Shown here: positions 57,429 through 64,000 of the stretch, piece by piece
How positions within the stretch are numbered: position 1 is the stretch's first letter
How the letters are laid out: every line of letters starts with the position of its first letter
Virus record (IMG/VR): IMGVR_UViG_3300048033_001096
Coordinates: 64,001 to 128,000 of that record
Length of the DNA: 64,000 bases
From: a virus
Direction: 5' to 3' (one strand)
Notes under the pieces: model-generated
Told to the model about the DNA's origin: nothing
Seen by the model: only the letters and a program-made list of their open reading frames with translations
Database searches by the model: none
Position numbers and translations under genes: made by a program

Positions 57429-60400
57429 ATGTCAGAATTTAAAATTAGTAGATTAAGATTTAGTTGGGTAGGCGAATGGAAAGACCAGTACGTTTACAAT
57501 AAAGACGAAATTGTACAGTTTGAAGGTAAAGCGTATGTATGTTTAATACCTCATACATCAAACGGGTTTTACGCAGATTTAAGTAATATTGAACCAAAGT
57601 GGGAGTTAATGATGACTGGCCAGACTTGGAAAGGTCCTTGGCAACAGTTTACAAATTACGCTTTAGACAATATTGTAATTTTTGGTGGTGTTGTTTACAA
57701 ATGTAACGAACAGCACCTAAGTGCAAGTATTATTGATCCAGACATTGACAAGTGGGACGTTTATGCGGAGTCTAAAACTTGGAAAAGCGAATGGACATCT
57801 AATACAACATACGGTCCTGGTGATATTGTAAACTATGGCGGCTCAGCTTACGAATGTATTATTGCTCATATATCTGCAGAAACAGATCTTTTAGGGTTAG
57901 AAGCTGACTATACTGATATTGACGATAGCACAGAAAGATATTGGAAACTATCAACATACGGAGTCCAGTACAGGGGCGATTATTCTACATTTTCTGAAGA
58001 CAGTACATATATTAGATATAAGTTAAATGATGTTGTAAAATACGGGCCTAGCTTATATAAATGTATATGGGGACATTCTCCAGGCATTGCAATTGAAGAT
58101 TTTTCGACTAATATGGAAATGGCCGATTCGTTTGTTCCAGAATATTGGGAAGAATGGCTACCTGGTTTAGACTTTGATAATGTATGGGATGTTGATACTT
58201 TCTATCAACCCGGTGATGTAGTACTATACGGTGGCTACTTATTCCAGAGTAAAATTATTAATAATCTTGGAAATAAACCTTCAACTACATACGGTGAAGA
58301 TTCAACAGATGCTTGGGAAATTATATCAGAAGCATATAGTATTGACGGCGACTGGATAGTCGATTCTGAATATAAAGTAGGTAGTGTTGTTAGATACGGA
58401 GGCGACTTATATGTTGCCCTTACTGACAGTATAGGTCAAAATCCAGGAAGTTTTGAAGTAACAATACCATACGAATCGGAAGGTTCGTCGGGTAATACTA
58501 TCATTCTAAATGCTGAAGACTCTGTTCCGCTCGATGCAATTACTGTAGGTATGACAGTTACTGGTGAAGGGTTTGCTAGAGGTCAACAAGTTGAAGTAGT
58601 TGAAGTTGATGCCGAAACAAAACTAATTACAGTTACATTAAACTATCCGCCCGACGGAGCAATTAACGACGAAGCAGTTCTTACTCTAGCAGGAACAAAT
58701 TATGCATTTTGGGAATTATTAATTCCAGGATTCCAGTATGAAGGAAGATGGAGTGAAGGGCGTACATATAATGCAGATGACGTTGCATATTTTGGAAATG
58801 CAACATATAAGTGTACTAGAGAACATACATCTGCTCTTGTAAATAGACCTGATTTAGATTTACAAAATAATTATTGGATTATTTATTTACAGCACGATCA
58901 AAGAAATAGTCTTACAACTCCTGGGCAAATGATTGTTTTTGATAAAGACGACGGCAACATACCTTTAGAAATCGGCGACGAAGCATCTATTTTAAAAGTT
59001 ATTAACGGACTGCCAACTTGGAGTGATATTGACTTTACACCAAATGTTTATTATGTTGCTACGAATGGTACTGATTTACCTGATAGAGGGACAACCCCCG
59101 ATACAGCATGGGCATCGATTAAGTATGCATGTGAAATTATTAAAGAAGGTACTTTACAACAGAATGCTAAAGAATTAATTCAAAAAAACAAAGAGTGGAT
59201 TGTGCAAGAAACATTTTATTGGTTCTTGTATCAGCAAAATCAAGGTATAGCACCATTTGGTGACTCTTTTAATTTTGATAATGAAAAAGTTATAAGAGAT
59301 TCTAGACAAATTGTAGATGCAGCAGTTAAAGATCTTACACGCGGCGGCAATGCACAAACTGTTGCAGCAGCATTATCCTACTTTGATTTAGAAAGTACAA
59401 ATAGATTTACAAATGATGAAATTGCAGCACAGGCTATATATTTTAAAATATTCTTTGTAAAACTATTTGAGCATATCGAATTTGCATTAACTAATACACC
59501 TTCAGGTACTAACTATCAACAGCTAGAAGGCGACAGACTTGGCGGCGATTTAAAACCCGGAATGATTCCATTTGCTACACAATACTTTAACACAAACTTA
59601 GTGTTGGATAGTAATACTTTAACAATAGTTAGAGCATTTGAAAGAATATATGTAGAATCGTTTACACTTGGATCACCAAATACAATTCCTCCAGCTAACG
59701 AATCAGCATACTCAACAATTAACATTAAAGCAGGTACTTATTTAGAAGAATTACCGATTGTTGTTCCTTGTAACTCAGCACTAAACGGTGACGAACTGCG
59801 TGGTACAACAGTACAGCCAGCTAATCCAGTTAACACATTATGTACAAAAACAACAGGCGATATAAATTTATTTACTGTTGGATCTACTGTTAATATGGAA
59901 CATAATACTCCAGTGCAGTTTGTTTCATTAAATCCAATAAACGAAATTAGTACCATTATTGGTGATGTAATTGCCGGACAGACATATTATGTAATTGGAG
60001 ATTCAATTACGCCCACAGCATTTGCAGTTAGTGAAGAACCAGACGGTGTACCGTTTGAAATTAGAACTAACATTGGCGGAATGTATGTGTACGGCGGCAA
60101 CGCACTAAGAGATATGTTCTATGTACAAAATGCTACAGGCATACGTAATATGACTGTTAAAGGACTACGAGGAACACTAACAGTAGAAAACGAATACTTA
60201 ACAAGACGCCCAACTGGCGGAGCATATGTTAGTTTAGATCCAGGCGAAGGACCGGATGACACAACAGCTTGGATTACTTATAAATCTCCATATATTCAAA
60301 ACGTAACAACATTTGGTAAAGGCTGTGTTGGCCTTAAAATTGATAGTGATTTACATAATGGCGGTAACACTTCAGTTACATCTAATGACTTTACGCAGAT

Positions 60401-63400
60401 TATATCTGACGGAATTGGTATTTGGGCTAAAGGCGGCGATGCATTAACAGAAGCAGTTTCGGTGTTCTCGTACTACAATTATGCAGGTTATTTTGCAGAA
60501 GATGGCGCAAAGATACGTGCAACAAATGGTAACAGTTCTTATGGTACTTTTGGTGTTATTGCTGAAGGATTTGATGTAAATGAAGTCCCGGCAGTCGGAG
60601 TTGTAAACAACAGAGATAACGAAGCTACAGCAGAAGCAGTATCAGCATTAGGCCAAAACTCGGAAATTTTAAAAATTCAATATACACATGCAGGTGAAGA
60701 ATATTACAACACTACAACAAATTTATTACGTTACTCTAACGATTTACTTGCTGATACGTTATGGCTTACTGATAGTAATTTGTCTATTACTAGAGCTGCA
60801 ACAACGCCGTACGAAAACGAAGTAGCTTGGAGAGTTGTTGCAAATACATCACTTACTGATTCTTCTTACTTTTATCAAACAAGAGAAATATCTCCACAAG
60901 GAAGAACATATACTAATGTATCAGGATTTAATATATCAGGTTCGGGTATTGAAGCTACATTTGATGTAACAGTTAACTCTGACGGATATGAAGTTTCAGT
61001 AAATAATGGCGGCAGCGGTTATGTTATTGGAAATCAAATACAATTAGACGGTAGAAGTTTTGGAGGAAGAAATCCAGAAAATGATATTATTATTACTGTT
61101 GAAGATCTAAGTATTACTTCGATATCGCAAATACAACATGAAGGAATAGTTCCAGAAGGAAGTGCTTTACCTTATAATGTAAGTATTCATGCTAAGAAAG
61201 GTGATACACCGTATTTTGATTTAGTTACTGAATTTTCAGGTGGCCCTACATCACAAACAAATTATGTAAGATATAATTTTGAAACTGATTTAGCTACTAC
61301 AACATTTAATGGTAATACATATCCGCCTACGAACATAAAAGCTGACTTTTTAGAAGACGGATGGTATAGAATTTCTTATACAGTATTTGACGAGTCAGCA
61401 TTAAACAATTTAATTACCTTTAAAATTTATCCAAGAGGTACAGATGGTATTGAAGGATTTACTAATTTTTATGGAGCTCAAATTACTATTGGTAGCGAAG
61501 ATAAATTCTTTGTTAACACTAAAGATGACACTTCTAGTGTATACGCAAATTTAAATATTTCAGGCGCAGGAACTGGTGTTGATGCTCGTGCAAACGAACT
61601 AAGAACAGGGTCAGTTTTTCAAGCAAGGCTTTTAGAAAGCGAACAGGTACGTTTAGGTGGATTAGGATATAATCTACAAACTAACAACGCACAAGCTGGT
61701 AATACTGAATATTTAACATTGGCACAGTCAGAAGTTGCAACAGCAGCTGAATACGAAGGTATGCGACTAGTTGTTAATTCTGGTAAAGGTGCAGGACAAT
61801 ACGGTATTATTTCAAACTATGACGAAACTACTAAGTTTGCGTACATTGTTAAAGAATCTTTTGATCAACAAGAACTTGTTGCTGTTAATCCTGTAGAAAA
61901 TTCATTAGTATTAGGATTAGATTCTGATTTTCATGGAGTTTATATAGGACAAAAAATTCAAGTTACTCCAACTTTCTACGATATTGGAGTGTCAAGTACT
62001 TCGCAAAGCGGTATTGATGTAACAGGAACACTAGGCGATTTAAATAATTATATGTTTGTATCTAGTACAGACAGATTGCGTGTAGGACAAAAAATTAATT
62101 TTAGTGGCGTTCCTTTCGGCGGAGTTATTATTGGATTTGACTATTATATTATTGACATCATTGACGAAAGATCAATACAGATTTCTACATCATTAGGTGG
62201 TGCAGTTTGGCCACTTACAAATGTCAATATTGAAGACCCAGATGATTCGCCAATTGTATTAACTGGAGAGGTTCCTTCGTTTACTTTAAATTATCCAGAC
62301 GACACTAGCTATCTTACAGCAGATACAACTGATAACATGCAAGTTACTTTGCCAATACAATTTACTGGTAAAGCTATTGGCGGAATTGAATTAGGTAGCG
62401 TTTATTACATTCAAGAAGTATTTAATGACACGCAGTTTTCAATATCTGAATTTATTTTAACAGAGGACGTAACAGCAACTAACGCAGCTAACAATACTTT
62501 AATTACTCTTGATACATCAGGGCTAAATCCGTTAACTCCGATTATATTTAAAGAAGGCAATGTTTTAGGTGGGCTACAAGAAAAAACAAAATACTATGTT
62601 AACTCAATTGTAAGTGGTACTGAATTTACATTAGCAAGTGATGTTATTACTAGAACTGCAACAGCATCAGAAGGAATTACTAACCTAATTACTGTTGATA
62701 GCACAGCAGGATTTATACCAAATTCTCCAATAACATTTACTGGAGTAACATTTGGACAAATTGATAATGACAAAGTATACTATATTCAGGTTGTTAACGA
62801 TGCAACTTCTTTTACAATCTCTGAAGCACCGGGCGGTGCAGCAGTTCCGTTAACAACAGCAGTTGGTGAAGTTTTTGTTAGGACTTCGTTAGATGAAGTT
62901 GTTATTAGCACTGATACCGGAACAATGGAATTCCAAACAACAGGTACTAAATTTGTGTTAGATTCTGGCAGAGATATAATGGAAGGATCGTTCTTTACTG
63001 AAATATTTGCCGGACTTGAAACTGGTGTAACTTATTATGTTGTTGATAAGTTTGATACAAATTCGTCAAAAGAAATTAAGATATCTGAAACAGAAGGTGG
63101 CGCAGCAATACTATTAACAGAAGAGTCGGGATCAATGCAAGTTAACGAAGTTGGTTGGGATCACATTAACGCAGGAACTCCGTTAGTTACGACTTTTGAT
63201 TCAACATCTGTTTATCAAATAGAACCAAGAATAACATTTGATGCACCGCCATTTTATACAGAACTAATGCCTACCGTATCATTTGGTAACGGTAATGGTT
63301 TCTGTACAATTGTTGACGATAACGATAGTCAAATTCTTGCAATACCTAATGACGGCGACACTGTGCTCGGAACAACTGATTTTACAGATTGGGACGTTAC

Positions 63401-64000
63401 ATACAGATTGCCATTTGACGGTAATGACGGTACAAATGGCGGATGGGTTGATGCTACCTACGGTAATAATACTTTCTTTATTATGTCAAAAGACGGTAGT
63501 GATTCTTTATATAGTAACTCAGCTGGGTTAACTTGGCTTTCGGTTGATATGCCTACATTGCCTGAGGCCGGCCCTGGAGAAAAACAAGGTATTTGGAAAT
63601 CAGTTGCATACGGTAATGGAAGATTTGTTGCTATTGCTAATAATGTAGAGAATAGTGCATATTCAACTAATAATTGTAATTCATGGACTGAAGTAACAGG
63701 TCCTATAGATATCGAAGGCGAAGAAGATTGGAGAGATATAGCATACGGTAACGAAATATTTGTAGCAATATCTGGATCAAGCGATACTGCAAAATATTCA
63801 ACAGATGGCGGAGAAACATGGAACGCTACTGAAATCACAGGAACATCAACTGTTGATAATTGGAGAGCTATTGAATTTGGCAACGGAAGATTTGTTGCAA
63901 TTTCAGAAGACGATCGTCCAGCAGTTTACAGCTTTGACGGCATTACATGGTATCCGTCAAATGTTGATGTATCTGGTAATATTTTAAAATATGCACAAGG
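57429..64000 (+). CDS. Very large virion/fibre protein, 3' end beyond window (>2190 aa), with CBM-like repeats, beta-helix domain and propeller repeats
   Basis: Not in the track. Starts MSEFKISRLRFSWVGEW..; the same frame reads ..NVDVSGNILKYAQG at the window end. N-terminal 'W....Y...D.V.YGG..Y.C...H' repeats; YYVATNGTD / SPYIQNVTTFG domain; C-terminal 'W..VAYGNGRFVAI' repeats. Confidence 0.8.
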   Translation, partial: MSEFKISRLRFSWVGEWKDQYVYNKDEIVQFEGKAYVCLIPHTSNGFYADLSNIEPKWELMMTGQTWKGPWQQFTNYALDNIVIFGGVVYKCNEQHLSASIIDPDIDKWDVYAESKTWKSEWTSNTTYGPGDIVNYGGSAYECIIAHISAETDLLGLEADYTDIDDSTERYWKLSTYGVQYRGDYSTFSEDSTYIRYKLNDVVKYGPSLYKCIWGHSPGIAIEDFSTNMEMADSFVPEYWEEWLPGLDFDNVWDVDTFYQPGDVVLYGGYLFQSKIINNLGNKPSTTYGEDSTDAWEIISEAYSIDGDWIVDSEYKVGSVVRYGGDLYVALTDSIGQNPGSFEVTIPYESEGSSGNTIILNAEDSVPLDAITVGMTVTGEGFARGQQVEVVEVDAETKLITVTLNYPPDGAINDEAVLTLAGTNYAFWELLIPGFQYEGRWSEGRTYNADDVAYFGNATYKCTREHTSALVNRPDLDLQNNYWIIYLQHDQRNSLTTPGQMIVFDKDDGNIPLEIGDEASILKVINGLPTWSDIDFTPNVYYVATNGTDLPDRGTTPDTAWASIKYACEIIKEGTLQQNAKELIQKNKEWIVQETFYWFLYQQNQGIAPFGDSFNFDNEKVIRDSRQIVDAAVKDLTRGGNAQTVAAALSYFDLESTNRFTNDEIAAQAIYFKIFFVKLFEHIEFALTNTPSGTNYQQLEGDRLGGDLKPGMIPFATQYFNTNLVLDSNTLTIVRAFERIYVESFTLGSPNTIPPANESAYSTINIKAGTYLEELPIVVPCNSALNGDELRGTTVQPANPVNTLCTKTTGDINLFTVGSTVNMEHNTPVQFVSLNPINEISTIIGDVIAGQTYYVIGDSITPTAFAVSEEPDGVPFEIRTNIGGMYVYGGNALRDMFYVQNATGIRNMTVKGLRGTLTVENEYLTRRPTGGAYVSLDPGEGPDDTTAWITYKSPYIQNVTTFGKGCVGLKIDSDLHNGGNTSVTSNDFTQIISDGIGIWAKGGDALTEAVSVFSYYNYAGYFAEDGAKIRATNGNSSYGTFGVIAEGFDVNEVPAVGVVNNRDNEATAEAVSALGQNSEILKIQYTHAGEEYYNTTTNLLRYSNDLLADTLWLTDSNLSITRAATTPYENEVAWRVVANTSLTDSSYFYQTREISPQGRTYTNVSGFNISGSGIEATFDVTVNSDGYEVSVNNGGSGYVIGNQIQLDGRSFGGRNPENDIIITVEDLSITSISQIQHEGIVPEGSALPYNVSIHAKKGDTPYFDLVTEFSGGPTSQTNYVRYNFETDLATTTFNGNTYPPTNIKADFLEDGWYRISYTVFDESALNNLITFKIYPRGTDGIEGFTNFYGAQITIGSEDKFFVNTKDDTSSVYANLNISGAGTGVDARANELRTGSVFQARLLESEQVRLGGLGYNLQTNNAQAGNTEYLTLAQSEVATAAEYEGMRLVVNSGKGAGQYGIISNYDETTKFAYIVKESFDQQELVAVNPVENSLVLGLDSDFHGVYIGQKIQVTPTFYDIGVSSTSQSGIDVTGTLGDLNNYMFVSSTDRLRVGQKINFSGVPFGGVIIGFDYYIIDIIDERSIQISTSLGGAVWPLTNVNIEDPDDSPIVLTGEVPSFTLNYPDDTSYLTADTTDNMQVTLPIQFTGKAIGGIELGSVYYIQEVFNDTQFSISEFILTEDVTATNAANNTLITLDTSGLNPLTPIIFKEGNVLGGLQEKTKYYVNSIVSGTEFTLASDVITRTATASEGITNLITVDSTAGFIPNSPITFTGVTFGQIDNDKVYYIQVVNDATSFTISEAPGGAAVPLTTAVGEVFVRTSLDEVVISTDTGTMEFQTTGTKFVLDSGRDIMEGSFFTEIFAGLETGVTYYVVDKFDTNSSKEIKISETEGGAAILLTEESGSMQVNEVGWDHINAGTPLVTTFDSTSVYQIEPRITFDAPPFYTELMPTVSFGNGNGFCTIVDDNDSQILAIPNDGDTVLGTTDFTDWDVTYRLPFDGNDGTNGGWVDATYGNNTFFIMSKDGSDSLYSNSAGLTWLSVDMPTLPEAGPGEKQGIWKSVAYGNGRFVAIANNVENSAYSTNNCNSWTEVTGPIDIEGEEDWRDIAYGNEIFVAISGSSDTAKYSTDGGETWNATEITGTSTVDNWRAIEFGNGRFVAISEDDRPAVYSFDGITWYPSNVDVSGNILKYAQ

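Noticed and set aside
1-64000. Stop-codon reassignment, inteins or IS elements
   Set aside because: Genes are full-length and tightly packed under the standard code; I saw no intein motifs in gp46, gp20 or gp23 and no transposase.

Overview
A 64-kb, AT-rich segment of a large T4-superfamily myophage genome, read in the standard genetic code. It holds most of the virion morphogenesis region. From left to right: (i) a minus-strand baseplate/tail block at 1-27202 (partial fibre-like gene, 204-aa protein, a 5287-aa baseplate protein, gp6-, gp25-, gp5-, gp27-like hub, gp53-, gp48-like); (ii) a divergent sigma70-driven block (late sigma gp55, gp47/gp46 Mre11/Rad50, small basic protein, short GIY-YIG nuclease), then about 630 nt of highly structured non-coding sequence; (iii) a gp26-like chaperone with a probable programmed -1 frameshift, divergent from the tape-measure candidate; (iv) the head cluster (portal, core proteins, a glycosyltransferase-like gene, protease, scaffold, major capsid protein); (v) a separately transcribed ~200-nt structured RNA after gp23; (vi) large repeat-rich fibre-like virion proteins running off the right end. 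Late promoters follow NNTAAATA. The best candidates for undescribed biology are the GIY-YIG + large pseudoknotted ncRNA locus (31161-32213), the gp26 -1 frameshift (33563-33802), the post-gp23 sRNA (43840-44090) and two switch-like structured late leaders. All family calls come from motif recognition and synteny by eye; no database searches or folding programs were run.
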